A stretch of 64,000 nt of DNA, taken from the NCBI GenBank assembly GCA_905233585.1, contig CAJOFD010000007.1, positions 6,684 through 70,683 on the forward strand, given 5' to 3'. The translations under genes were made by a program, and so were the position numbers. Within the stretch, counting starts at the first letter, position 1, and each line of letters starts with the position of its first letter. Below, one piece after another: positions 27,501 through 36,766 of the stretch. This stretch comes from an uncultured Bacteroidales bacterium (GTDB lineage Bacteria > Bacteroidota > Bacteroidia > Bacteroidales > WCHB1-69). The notes beneath the pieces were generated by a model that saw only the letters and a program-made list of their open reading frames with translations, made no database searches and was not told the DNA's origin.

Positions 27501-29587
27501 GGAACGAAAGCAGTTTTCAATACATTGCAGGAAAAACAGGAGTATCTCAGGCTCACTTCTATCAAATGGAAGACAACACCTATTATAATGCCAATATTTC
27601 CCGACAAAACAGAAGCATCAACTTCCAACAAGGATATTATGCTTTTCTTGTAAAAACCCGATTTTTTGCTTCTTTAAGCGAAGAAGCCCAATATGAACAA
27701 GAAGTTTATGTCAGAAGAAACAATGTCGGTTTGGACATTATAGAATGTGTTATGGGCAACCGTCCTTATATACAACTACTTGTTTTCAATCCTATTACAG
27801 GAGACAATTGGAAAAACGAAGAAACTACCCAATGGACTTCCATTGGAAAATACGGACAAAGCATTTGCCGTAATTATGTAACCAATAGTTTTAGTTTCTA
27901 TATGGACAATGCTACTGACAGAGCCAATGTTGCCAAATTACTACAAGATATTCCTAATGGCTATTACGTTTTGATATACTCTGTTAATAATCCGGGCGCA
28001 CAATGGTTTACCGAAGAAGAATATCAAGCATGGGAAAGCATTGGAAGTTCTCAAATAAGAAATCTTACCGCTTCAAACGACTATATTATTTGGGGACGAA
28101 AAGGAGCGAACATCGGAGATGCAGGCATTAGAGAAGCCGTTGGAACAAACAATGGACAATTTCTCACACTTGCCTTTGAAATGCAGGTGCCTCTTGGCAA
28201 TGCAAAAATCGTTACCCCCAATTTCGGACCGGCAAAAAATTGGCAATCATTCCATTGGCAAGCCTTACTCGCTGATACATCAGACTCTGTTTCTGTCAAT
28301 ATCTACGGAGTGAATAATATGGGACAATCCACTTTACTTGTCGAAAATTTAACCTATCCCGACAATAAAGATTATTTTGACCTATCCTCAAAAATAGATG
28401 CTCAACAATTTCCATACGTCTATTTGGAAATATCTTTACAAGATAATGTTTCTCGCACCTCCCCACAACTAAAACACTTGTTGCTAATGTATGAAGACAT
28501 ACCGGATATTGCTGTTTGTCTTGACAATTATTTTTTCCATACTGATACAGTTTTGCAAGGAGATAATATTCGATTATCTATTTCTGCAAAAAACATTAGC
28601 CAAAAAGATATGGATTCATTAACTGTTCGTTATCATATTATACAACAAAATCAAATAATTGATGCAATCAATAAAGATTTACCCTCACCCTTGCAGGCAA
28701 ACAATCTTATAACAGATACAATCACCATTTCTACCAAAAATTATCAAGGAGGACATTTTTTGATAAAAACTGAATTTAATCCAGAACATAAACCAATAGA
28801 AAAATATTATCACAACAACTATCACGAAACTCCTTTCTTTGTTACCAAAGACACCGTCAATCCTTTGCTTGACGTTACTTTTGACGGCACTCATATCATT
28901 GATGGAGAATTGGTTTCTGCTAAACCATATATTCAAATTGTTCTTAAAGACGAAAACAAATTTCTCTTTTTAGATAATATTGAAGACACGGCTAATTTCA
29001 AAATATATCTAAAATCACCTCGCTCTACTATTTATAAATATGTCCCGTTTTTTGCCAATGGAAAAGAGGTAATGCAATTTGTCCCTGCCAATTCCAAAAA
29101 TAAATGTCAAGTTAATTATCCTGCTGTTTTTGAGGAGGATGGAACTTATACTCTTCGTGTTGAAGCAACAGACAAAACAAACAATCCTTCCGGAAAAAAT
29201 GCTTTTGTTGTTAATTTTGAAGTACAAAACAAATCTACCATTACAGAGGTTTATAATTATCCTAATCCGTTTTCTACACACACACAATTTGTTTTTACTC
29301 TCACAGGATCAGAATTACCTACTTTTATGAAAATTCAAATTATGACCATTAGTGGGAAAGTAGTTAAAGAAATAGATATGAGCGAAATAGGAAATTTAAG
29401 AATAGGGAAAAACATTACTTCATATTCATGGGATGGTCGAGATAACAATGGTGATTTATTGGCCAATGGAGTATATTTATATCGTGTAATCACAAAAATT
29501 GACAATCAAAACATAGAACTCAACAGTCAATCAAACAATGCCAAAGCATTTAAAAATGGATTTGGCAAAATGGTAATAATTAGATAG
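24584..29587 (+). CDS. Very large peptidase C25 (gingipain/PorU-like) family protein with a T9SS-type C-terminal domain
   Basis: 1667 aa with a signal peptide. The C25 region reads FFIVTHKNF..YLFLVGRS..VPSDFA, with a catalytic-type His (FFGHAGG) and Cys (LGNGCYAG). The C-terminal NYPNPFSTHTQFVFTL...ANGVYLYRV resembles a T9SS sorting/FlgD-Ig-like domain. Confidence 0.75.
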   Translation: MLLLINKIKPFVVATILLFATSNSFGQVYGNEWINYNNTYLKFPVITTGAYRINYDVLKNSLAAIGVDIQTINAKNISIYGRGQEIPLYVYGENDNSLDSGDYIEFFAQKNDGWFDNKLYNNNLQHTNPYYSNFTDTAYYFLTWNNSAGLRFRIETDTNFSMYNPHSHIFVERILSFNSYYNPGRYNKALGISLYKTAEGWMDGGIKLGNSSTKSIPTSNRYAIYPTATIEYAVAGTNSPTYPHHLQVEIGNEILTDTTCVGQYYMRVKKEVPTSFFGPNTTPLVFRSINDKGNTTSYQSVVYIKLKYAHTFSLESGSSYSFSANNLAGAKALFSFTSYTIGTQSDDEVFLLDLTNNLRIKAIKQGYNIKALVPNYNNEINCFLTSTAATNIVPTLVPVNKTGKFTNPQNFYNTDFFIVTHKNFISQCQDYANYRNRLSPCKYHAFVFDVGELYDMFAYGIRNNPIAIHNLIKYAYETFDTLPKYLFLVGRSYTSSAGRKNAARFNETYVPTMGSVPSDFAITMGLGDTVHNLCLPTGRLSTSTNQHISWYLDKIRTYEAAQQTPQAWMKQILHFGGGFSAIEQQTFASYLEHCRQIAEGPAFGAKVSTFLKVSSDPIEINLSDSLRHLINNGVQIMTFFGHAGGTGFDVSVDDPENYNNDGKYFVVLGNGCYAGNIFEGKDNYSEAFINIPNKGAIAYLSPASTGSSSMLFHTSRHLYTEFANNSYGESLGFCLQKAMKSVTDAYGKENMDYVLHGDPSIKLSPIPKPDFDITNSDVSTIPDFVRTDADSFDVVAHFSNLGKVTLDSFLVIAERFYPNGTSEKLNKRVVCQSFSTEVRFRFAVKKSLSLGQNRIVISLDALNEIDEVNKNNNTASISFNIVSSDVLASFPYKYAIVPNNEISLIATSNIEKGEHFVCLFEIDTCNSFNSPLKTQTEIPNNTGIIEWKLPFSLTDSTVYYWRVCNKDKDTIIWNESSFQYIAGKTGVSQAHFYQMEDNTYYNANISRQNRSINFQQGYYAFLVKTRFFASLSEEAQYEQEVYVRRNNVGLDIIECVMGNRPYIQLLVFNPITGDNWKNEETTQWTSIGKYGQSICRNYVTNSFSFYMDNATDRANVAKLLQDIPNGYYVLIYSVNNPGAQWFTEEEYQAWESIGSSQIRNLTASNDYIIWGRKGANIGDAGIREAVGTNNGQFLTLAFEMQVPLGNAKIVTPNFGPAKNWQSFHWQALLADTSDSVSVNIYGVNNMGQSTLLVENLTYPDNKDYFDLSSKIDAQQFPYVYLEISLQDNVSRTSPQLKHLLLMYEDIPDIAVCLDNYFFHTDTVLQGDNIRLSISAKNISQKDMDSLTVRYHIIQQNQIIDAINKDLPSPLQANNLITDTITISTKNYQGGHFLIKTEFNPEHKPIEKYYHNNYHETPFFVTKDTVNPLLDVTFDGTHIIDGELVSAKPYIQIVLKDENKFLFLDNIEDTANFKIYLKSPRSTIYKYVPFFANGKEVMQFVPANSKNKCQVNYPAVFEEDGTYTLRVEATDKTNNPSGKNAFVVNFEVQNKSTITEVYNYPNPFSTHTQFVFTLTGSELPTFMKIQIMTISGKVVKEIDMSEIGNLRIGKNITSYSWDGRDNNGDLLANGVYLYRVITKIDNQNIELNSQSNNAKAFKNGFGKMVIIR

Positions 29588-29589
29588 AT

Positions 29590-30180
29590 ATGGATTTAAT
29601 TTTTGCAAGCAACAATAAACACAAATGTGAAGAAATTCGGGCAATGCTCAATGAACAATATCGCCTTTTATCATTGGAAGATATTGGTTGTAAAGAAGAA
29701 ATACCTGAAACTCACCCTAATTTACAAGGCAATGCATTACAAAAAGCCGAATTTATATACCAAAAATATCACAAAAATTGTTTCGCTGATGATACAGGTT
29801 TAGAAATTGAATGCTTAGACAATCGCCCTGGGGTCTATTCAGCACGCTATGCTGGTGAACATTGCTCATTTGAAGATAATATGAACAAGGTTTTACAAGA
29901 AATGGGCAACTCTCAACATCGCAAAGCACAATTCAGAACTGTCATTGCCCTCATTCTCAACGATAAAAAATACTTTTTTGAAGGTATTGTTCATGGACAA
30001 ATTCTAACAGAAAAACATGGCAAAGACGGCTTCGGCTATGACCCTATTTTCCTACCTGATGGCTATACTCAATCGTTTGCAGAAATGGACCTCACCACAA
30101 AAAATGCAATTAGCCACCGAGGACAAGCAGTAAAAAAATTAATAGCGTTTTTAAAAAACTTTAATTATGCCACAAAATGA
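29590..30180 (+). CDS. rdgB: Non-canonical purine NTP pyrophosphatase (RdgB/HAM1)
   Basis: Family motifs are FASNNKHKCEEI, DDTGLEIECLDNRPGVYSARYAG, GFGYDPIF and SHRGQA. Confidence 0.9.
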   Translation: MDLIFASNNKHKCEEIRAMLNEQYRLLSLEDIGCKEEIPETHPNLQGNALQKAEFIYQKYHKNCFADDTGLEIECLDNRPGVYSARYAGEHCSFEDNMNKVLQEMGNSQHRKAQFRTVIALILNDKKYFFEGIVHGQILTEKHGKDGFGYDPIFLPDGYTQSFAEMDLTTKNAISHRGQAVKKLIAFLKNFNYATK

Positions 30181-30946
30181 TAAACTCTCCATCAATATGA
30201 TTGGGGCAGGCAATGTTGCTTGGCATTTGTCCCAATTTTTGTATTCCAATGGTTTTAAAATAAATACAATATATAGTTTTCATTTAGAAAATGCCAAACA
30301 ATTAGCCGATTTGGTCCAAGCCAAAGCCATTGATAAAATTGCTGATATTGAACCAGCCGATATGTTTATTCTTTCTTTAAGGGATTCTGTTTATCAAGAT
30401 CTTATAGTAGAAATACCTAAAACGGAAGCCCTTGTTGTACACACTTCAGGGTCTTTGCCTAAAGAAATTTTAAAGAATATTTCTCCAAACTATGGAGTGT
30501 TATATCCTTTTCAAACATTTAACAAAATAAAAAAACTATCCATAGAACAAATTCCTTTTTGCATAGAAGCCTCAAATGAACAAACTCAACAATTACTTGA
30601 TAATCTTATTGATAGATTGAATGGCAAATACTATCATCTCAACTTTCACCAAAGAGAAAAACTACATTTGGCAGGTGTTTTTGCGTGCAACTTTTCCAAT
30701 GCTTTATATGGATTGGCCGAAGACATCTTAAAAAGTGAAAATATTGATTTTGAAATACTAAAACCTTTAATCAGCGAAACAGCACAAAAGATAAAATATC
30801 TCTCTCCCCAAAAAGCCCAAACGGGTCCTGCCGCACGGCAAGATTATAATATTATTAACAAACATATCGCATTGTTAGACAACGATAATATTAGAAACTT
30901 ATATAGATTTTTATCTCAAATTATTTTTGAACAACAAAAAAAATAG
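30167..30946 (+). CDS. Rossmann-fold / DUF2520-type protein
   Basis: It has an N-terminal dinucleotide-binding motif (MIGAGNVAWHL), and its length and pattern fit DUF2520 proteins. Confidence 0.55.
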   Translation: MPQNDKLSINMIGAGNVAWHLSQFLYSNGFKINTIYSFHLENAKQLADLVQAKAIDKIADIEPADMFILSLRDSVYQDLIVEIPKTEALVVHTSGSLPKEILKNISPNYGVLYPFQTFNKIKKLSIEQIPFCIEASNEQTQQLLDNLIDRLNGKYYHLNFHQREKLHLAGVFACNFSNALYGLAEDILKSENIDFEILKPLISETAQKIKYLSPQKAQTGPAARQDYNIINKHIALLDNDNIRNLYRFLSQIIFEQQKK

Positions 30947-30947
30947 C

Positions 30948-31469
30948 ATGAAAAATTATAAAGAAAAATTATCGGTCATTACTACCTTTGTTTTCGATTT
31001 TGACGGGGTATTGTCTGATGGAAAAGTTTTAACTTTGCCCGATGGGGATCAATTGCGAGCAACAAATGTAAAAGATGGCTATGCTATTCAATATGCTTTA
31101 AAACAAGGTTTTAATGTTTGCATCATTTCCGGCGGTTATTCTCCCAGTATGCAAAAAAGATATATGGGTTTTCCAAAAATGGACATTTTTCTTCAATGTG
31201 AGAACAAAACATTGAAATTCAATGAATACATATCTTCAAAACAACTAAAAAAAGAACAAATTGTCTATATGGGCGATGACATTCCAGATTATGAAGTAAT
31301 GCTATTAGCAGGGCTAAAAGCGTGTCCATCTGACGCTTGTATTGAAATAAAAGGAATCGCCGATTATATTTCTTTGTACAAAGGTGGAGAAGGTTGCGTG
31401 AGAGACATCATAGAACAAACGCTCCGTGTTCAAAACAAATGGTTTAACGAAAATGCATTTTTGTGGTAA
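30948..31469 (+). CDS. kdsC: KDO 8-phosphate phosphatase (HAD-IIIA)
   Basis: Family motifs are FVFDFDGVLSDGKV, NVKDGYAI, CIISGG, YMGDDIPD and GGEGCVRD. Confidence 0.8.
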   Translation: MKNYKEKLSVITTFVFDFDGVLSDGKVLTLPDGDQLRATNVKDGYAIQYALKQGFNVCIISGGYSPSMQKRYMGFPKMDIFLQCENKTLKFNEYISSKQLKKEQIVYMGDDIPDYEVMLLAGLKACPSDACIEIKGIADYISLYKGGEGCVRDIIEQTLRVQNKWFNENAFLW

Positions 31470-31534
31470 AGCCGTATTGATTTTTTGCTATTTTTGCAAA
31501 CTTGAAAAAACAAAAGGGATTCCTTAATAAATAC

Positions 31535-33028
31535 GTGGTTAAAGTAAAAAAACTTATCGGACAGACAGCCATTTACGGCACAACTACAATTTTAGGAAGA
31601 TTGTTGAATTATCTTCTTGTTCCTTTTCATACTTACATTTTTCTTGAACCGAAAGCTTATGGCGTTGTTGGAGATTTATATGCATGGGTTGCTCTATTGT
31701 TAGTACTTCTTACTTATGGTATGGAAACAACATTTTTCCGCTTCTCCGAAATGGAAAAAGATAGAAGCAATGTTTTTAGAACAACATTGACATGTATTCT
31801 TTGCACATCCACAATATTCATTCTTTTAGGACTGTTGTTCAATCACCAAATTGCTGATATTCTAAAATATCCGTCTCACCCTGAATATATTCGTTGGTTT
31901 ATTATTATTGTTGGCTTAGATGCTATAAGCACTATTCCTTTTGCAAAACTTCGTGCAGAAAACAAACCGATTGTTTTTGCGAGCGTAAAAATTACAAATA
32001 TTCTCATTAATGTATTTTTCAACGTATTTTTCCTTTGGTTTTGTCCATTTATGATTGCCAAAGGTTGGGCAACAAGTATTTTTTCTACAATATACAATCC
32101 TAATATGGGAGTAGGCTATATTTTTATCGCCAATTTAATTGCTTCTACTTGTCAAATTATTTTATTATTATTTGTATCCGGAAAAATCCATTTACATATT
32201 GACAAATCTCTGTTAAAGAGAATGTTAAAATATGCTTTTCCTTTGTTAATTTTAGGATTGGCTGGCATTGTCAATGAAGTGATAGACAGATTTATGGTAA
32301 AAAATCTTTCTGCAGATAATGTAGAAGATGCCCTACACAATTTAGGAGTTTATTCCGCTTGTTTTAAAATTGCCATTATCATGAATTTATTTATACAAGC
32401 CTTTCGTTATTCTGCAGAACCTTTCTTTTTCTCTCAATACAAAGAAAAAGATGCCAAAGAAGGATATTCTGTTGTAATGACTTATTTTGTAATAGCATGT
32501 ACTGTCATTTTTCTTGGAACAATGATGTACATTGATTTCATTAAATACTTTGTCAGCGCCAATTATCATGAAGGGCTATCGGTTGTTCCCATATTATTGT
32601 TAGCATATATGCTTTTAGGAGTTTGTTTTAATTTGTCTATTTGGTATAAACTTACTGGTCAAACCTCATACGGAGCATATATTACCATTGGTGGTGCAGT
32701 TATAACAATAATTTCCAATCTTATTCTTGTTCCCAAAACCGGATATATGGGGGCAGCATGGGGACATTTAATCACCTATATTGCAATGACAATTGCTTCT
32801 TATCTGATGGGACAAAAATATTTTCCTATCAATTATAATTTGAAAAAAATGGGATTTTATATTTCTTTAAGTCTCATATTATTCTGTATCAGTTATTTCT
32901 TAATTCCTTTTGATGTTTTTGGCCAATATCAACTATTCGCGAAAACAATAATTAATACTATGATTCTATTAATTTATCTCGTAATTATTGTTGCCAAAGA
33001 ACGAAAAAATATAAAAGCGATTTTGTAA
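31535..33028 (+). CDS. Polysaccharide/lipid-linked oligosaccharide flippase (MOP/Wzx-like)
   Basis: A polytopic ORF, open from TTG 31502. A TATTTTTG box at 31489-31496 makes the TTG start unlikely. In-frame GTG at 31535 gives MVKVKKLIGQTAIYG, typical of this family. The start remains uncertain. Confidence 0.7.
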   Translation: MVKVKKLIGQTAIYGTTTILGRLLNYLLVPFHTYIFLEPKAYGVVGDLYAWVALLLVLLTYGMETTFFRFSEMEKDRSNVFRTTLTCILCTSTIFILLGLLFNHQIADILKYPSHPEYIRWFIIIVGLDAISTIPFAKLRAENKPIVFASVKITNILINVFFNVFFLWFCPFMIAKGWATSIFSTIYNPNMGVGYIFIANLIASTCQIILLLFVSGKIHLHIDKSLLKRMLKYAFPLLILGLAGIVNEVIDRFMVKNLSADNVEDALHNLGVYSACFKIAIIMNLFIQAFRYSAEPFFFSQYKEKDAKEGYSVVMTYFVIACTVIFLGTMMYIDFIKYFVSANYHEGLSVVPILLLAYMLLGVCFNLSIWYKLTGQTSYGAYITIGGAVITIISNLILVPKTGYMGAAWGHLITYIAMTIASYLMGQKYFPINYNLKKMGFYISLSLILFCISYFLIPFDVFGQYQLFAKTIINTMILLIYLVIIVAKERKNIKAIL

Positions 33029-33972
33029 TGCCACACGGAAAGATTCTTTTTATCGACAAAGCCCATCCGAGTTTTAAAGAGAAACTTCAAAATATGGGGT
33101 TTGAATGCGATGAGCAAAATATAAACTACCAACAATTGTTGGAAACCGCTTCCCAATATGTGGGTTATATCATTAGAAGTAAATTTGCCATAGACAAACT
33201 ATTGTTAGACGCTTCTACAAACCTAAAATTTATTGCACGGATTGGAGCAGGAATGGAAAACATTGACATACAATATGCTGAAACTAAAGGTGTACACTGC
33301 ATCAATTCTCCTGAAGGCAATGCCGATGCTGTAGGAGAATTTGTTATCGGAGGAATACTTGCCTTATTCAGGCATATTTTACAGGCAGATATCCAAGTGA
33401 GAAATGGCCAATGGTTACGCGAGGAAAACAGAGGCATGGAACTTAACAAAAAAACAATTGGAATTGTTGGCTATGGAAACATGGGCAAAAGTTTAGCAAA
33501 AAAACTAAGCGGTTTCGGATGCAGAGTTTTAGCATACGATAAATACAAAACCAAGTTTTCCGACAATTTTGTCCAAGAAGTTAATTTAAGAACCTTACAA
33601 CAAGAAGCAGAAATTGTTAGCATTCATATAAATTATTTGCCTGAGAATCATTACTATATTAATGAAAAATGGATTAACAATTTTGAACACAATATTTTCT
33701 TGGCAAATACATCTCGTGGCAAGGTCCTAAACATAAAAGATTTAAACTCTGCCCTATTGTCCGGAAAAATCAGAGGAGCCGTTTTAGATGTTTTGGAATA
33801 TGAAAACATTCGTTTGCAAAACAAACCAAAAGAAGAATGGAATGAAGATATGATAACTTTGGCAAAAAACAAAAACGTTATTCTCTCCCCTCATATCGCA
33901 GGACAAACCACCGAATCTTTGGAAAAACACGTAAATGTATTAATAAACAAAATTCTCACCTTGAATTTTTAA
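33028..33972 (+). CDS. D-isomer-specific 2-hydroxyacid dehydrogenase family protein
   Basis: It has the NAD-binding motif IGIVGYGNMGKSLAKKL, plus RGAVLDV and SPHIAGQT. Confidence 0.8.
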   Translation: MPHGKILFIDKAHPSFKEKLQNMGFECDEQNINYQQLLETASQYVGYIIRSKFAIDKLLLDASTNLKFIARIGAGMENIDIQYAETKGVHCINSPEGNADAVGEFVIGGILALFRHILQADIQVRNGQWLREENRGMELNKKTIGIVGYGNMGKSLAKKLSGFGCRVLAYDKYKTKFSDNFVQEVNLRTLQQEAEIVSIHINYLPENHYYINEKWINNFEHNIFLANTSRGKVLNIKDLNSALLSGKIRGAVLDVLEYENIRLQNKPKEEWNEDMITLAKNKNVILSPHIAGQTTESLEKHVNVLINKILTLNF

Positions 33973-33978
33973 AAGGAA

Positions 33979-35313
33979 ATGGAAATATTGCTCACTTGTT
34001 TTTATACGCTTTTGTTGAGTTTTGTGGTTTTTAAATCCAATTTTTTTAAATCAACAATCGTGAGCAAAAAATATTTACTTTCTTTTTTTTGGTTAAAAAT
34101 AATAGCAGGACTTTGCTTATATTTTATTTATACTTATTATTATCCCGACAGGCAAAAAGCCGATATTTTTCGTTATTTCAACGATGCTCAACAAATCTAT
34201 AAGGCATTACCGCAACATCCTTTGGACTATATCCAAATGATTTTCGGCATAAACATTGACAATCAATATTTTTATGATAATTATTTTATCTACACCAATC
34301 ATTGGGATAGAATTTTACAAGAAAATATTGTTTCAGACTCACATTTTCTGATTCGCTTTAATGCAATAATTTTATTGTTTTCGTTTGGCTATTTCAATGT
34401 TCATACAATTTTTGCCGCATTTGTTTCTTTTATAGGACAAATGGGACTTTGTCATTTTGTGGAAAACAACTTCAAATCAGTTCATATCGGACATATTTTG
34501 CCTATATTTATCATACCTTCTGTTATTTTTTGGTCATCAAATGTCTTGAAAGAGTTTTTGCTTGTATTCGGAATAGGAATATTTATTTATGCTGCTGACA
34601 AACTGTTTTTTTACACAAAAACAATAAAACAAAAACTATGGATGTTGTTATTGATAATCATTGCTTGCAAAGCATTAATTTTTACAAAATACTATATTTT
34701 TTGTCTTCTTTTTATTTTATTGATACCTTTCTTTTTCATAAAAAAATACCACCTAAAAAACATATTTATTTGTTATTTAATCACTATTTTGTTCTTTTTG
34801 TTTTGCGGGTGGATTTTTGTAGAAACAACCGATAGAAATATCATCAACACATTAGTTTACAAACATAATGATATGCTCAATTTGGCAATAGCAGAACATG
34901 CTCAAATTACAGAAATTCGGTATCTTCAAGCTGATTTTATTGATATTTTTACTTATTTGCCTATCGCCTTGCTCAATGTTTTGTTTCGCCCCTTGCCATT
35001 TGAAGGCTCTTCTCTTATGATACGTTTGGCTGAGACAGAACAAATATTCTTGCTTATTTGTGCGGCAAGTATTTTAATTTTAGGATTCAACAAACAGATT
35101 GTACAAAAAAATCTATTCTGGTTCTGCTTTATTTTCACTTTTGGCAATGCCATTATCGTTGGACTTGCAACGCCTATTTTAGGAGCAATTATTCGCTATA
35201 GAAGTATTGGATTACCATTTGTTTTTCTTTCTCTTTGGCTTCTCTGCGATACCAATACGATGAAACATCGATACCACAAAATACAAACTTTTTTTAAAAC
35301 AAAAAAGAAATGA
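33979..35313 (+). CDS. Polytopic membrane protein of unknown function (in an LPS-related neighbourhood)
   Basis: 444 aa with more than 10 hydrophobic segments. Its stop overlaps the lpxB start (ATGA). Confidence 0.5.
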   Translation: MEILLTCFYTLLLSFVVFKSNFFKSTIVSKKYLLSFFWLKIIAGLCLYFIYTYYYPDRQKADIFRYFNDAQQIYKALPQHPLDYIQMIFGINIDNQYFYDNYFIYTNHWDRILQENIVSDSHFLIRFNAIILLFSFGYFNVHTIFAAFVSFIGQMGLCHFVENNFKSVHIGHILPIFIIPSVIFWSSNVLKEFLLVFGIGIFIYAADKLFFYTKTIKQKLWMLLLIIIACKALIFTKYYIFCLLFILLIPFFFIKKYHLKNIFICYLITILFFLFCGWIFVETTDRNIINTLVYKHNDMLNLAIAEHAQITEIRYLQADFIDIFTYLPIALLNVLFRPLPFEGSSLMIRLAETEQIFLLICAASILILGFNKQIVQKNLFWFCFIFTFGNAIIVGLATPILGAIIRYRSIGLPFVFLSLWLLCDTNTMKHRYHKIQTFFKTKKK

Positions 35314-36410
35314 AATATTACATCATATCAGGGGAAGCATCAGGAGACTTGCACGCTTCAAACTTAGCAAGACAATTGTTCTTAATTGATAATCAAGCAC
35401 AAATTAGGGCATGGGGTGGAGATTTGCTACGTAAAGCCGGTGTTGAAGTTGTAAAAGACTATAAAGACTTGGCTTATATGGGTTTTGTGGAAGTCGTACT
35501 GCATTTAGGTAAAATACTCAAAAATATGGCTTTTTGCAAAAAAAACATCCTGGAATATCAACCCGATGCAGTTATTTTGGTGGATTATCCCGGCTTTAAT
35601 CTCAGACTTGCCAAATTCTTACATAAAAAACAAATAAAAGTATTCTATTATATTTCTCCTCAGGTTTGGGCTTGGAAAAAATCAAGAGTGAAAACCATCA
35701 AACAATATGTTGATGAAATGTTTGTAATTCTTCCTTTTGAACAAGATTTTTATAAAAAATATGATATAAATGCCCATTATTTTGGACATCCCTTATTAGA
35801 TGTTGTCAAACAATATCATATCAGTGAAGATTTTAAACATAAAAACAATTTGGACAACCGACCCATAATCGCCATTTTGCCGGGAAGCAGAAAACAAGAA
35901 ATTTTGCGAATGTTGCCAACAATGTTGAATGTCGCTCAAAAATTTCCAGATTATCAGTTCGTTATAGCAGGAGTAAAAAATCACCAAGGTTTATATACTC
36001 AATCAAACATAAATGTTATTTATAATCAAACATATAATCTATTGTCCCATTCTTATGCAGCCCTTGTTACCTCTGGAACAGCCACTTTAGAAACAGCCTT
36101 GTTTAATGTTCCGCAAGTAGTTTGCTACAAAGGTAACTTCTTTTCTTATTTAATTGCCAAACACCTTATTTCTGGAATAAAATATATTTCTTTGGTCAAT
36201 CTGATTGCTGATGAAAAAGTTGTTACAGAACTGATACAAAATGAAATGAATGCGAATTTATTGAAAAGAGAACTTGAAAAAATTCTTTCCAACAACGAAG
36301 CCCGAACAAAAATGTTAGAATCCTACAAAACCCTCCACCATCGTTTGGGCGATGGCTCTGCATCAAAATATATTGCAGAAAAAATGATACAACTATTGGG
36401 AAATAAATAA
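35310..36410 (+). CDS. lpxB: Lipid-A-disaccharide synthase
   Basis: Family motifs are ISGEASGDLHASNLARQL, VDYPGFNLRLAK, YYISPQVWAWKKSR, LPGSRKQE and SGTATLETALFNVPQVV. Confidence 0.9.
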   Translation: MKYYIISGEASGDLHASNLARQLFLIDNQAQIRAWGGDLLRKAGVEVVKDYKDLAYMGFVEVVLHLGKILKNMAFCKKNILEYQPDAVILVDYPGFNLRLAKFLHKKQIKVFYYISPQVWAWKKSRVKTIKQYVDEMFVILPFEQDFYKKYDINAHYFGHPLLDVVKQYHISEDFKHKNNLDNRPIIAILPGSRKQEILRMLPTMLNVAQKFPDYQFVIAGVKNHQGLYTQSNINVIYNQTYNLLSHSYAALVTSGTATLETALFNVPQVVCYKGNFFSYLIAKHLISGIKYISLVNLIADEKVVTELIQNEMNANLLKRELEKILSNNEARTKMLESYKTLHHRLGDGSASKYIAEKMIQLLGNK

Positions 36411-36766
36411 TTTGAGTTGTAGCGATTACAGACAAACTTATTTTTTTTATTTTAAACCAATAAAATCACTTAAGGGGCGAATTTTTGCCCGATATGTATT
36501 GATATGTTGTTTTATATTGCAGTGTTTATTGAAGTCAATTTCTTTTGAGTTATTGAAATGTAATACGACATAATAAGGAGCATGTTCGGTATAATATTCA
36601 ATTTGGAAAGTTATAAAATTTAGGAGAAAAAATGCCACATTTGCGGTCTCTAAAAAATGAATATGGCACATTTAAAAGGGACACAATTGTTAGAATGCAA
36701 AGAGAAAGAAAAACACAGACAGAAATTTACAGATTCAACAAGCATTTCTTTATTGCAAACATTGCT

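Noticed and set aside
31502-31534. TTG start for the flippase gene
   Set aside because: It lies only 6 nt after a TATTTTTG -7 box, so it would be at or before the transcription start unless the gene is read through from kdsC. The in-frame GTG at 31535 is preferred, though not proven.
36447-36671. 74-aa minus-strand ORF in the 356-nt convergent gap between lpxB and the 433-aa gene
   Set aside because: No TAnnTTTG box, signal or motif was found, and the composition is typical of AT-rich spacer. It stays unannotated, and the long gap itself remains unexplained.
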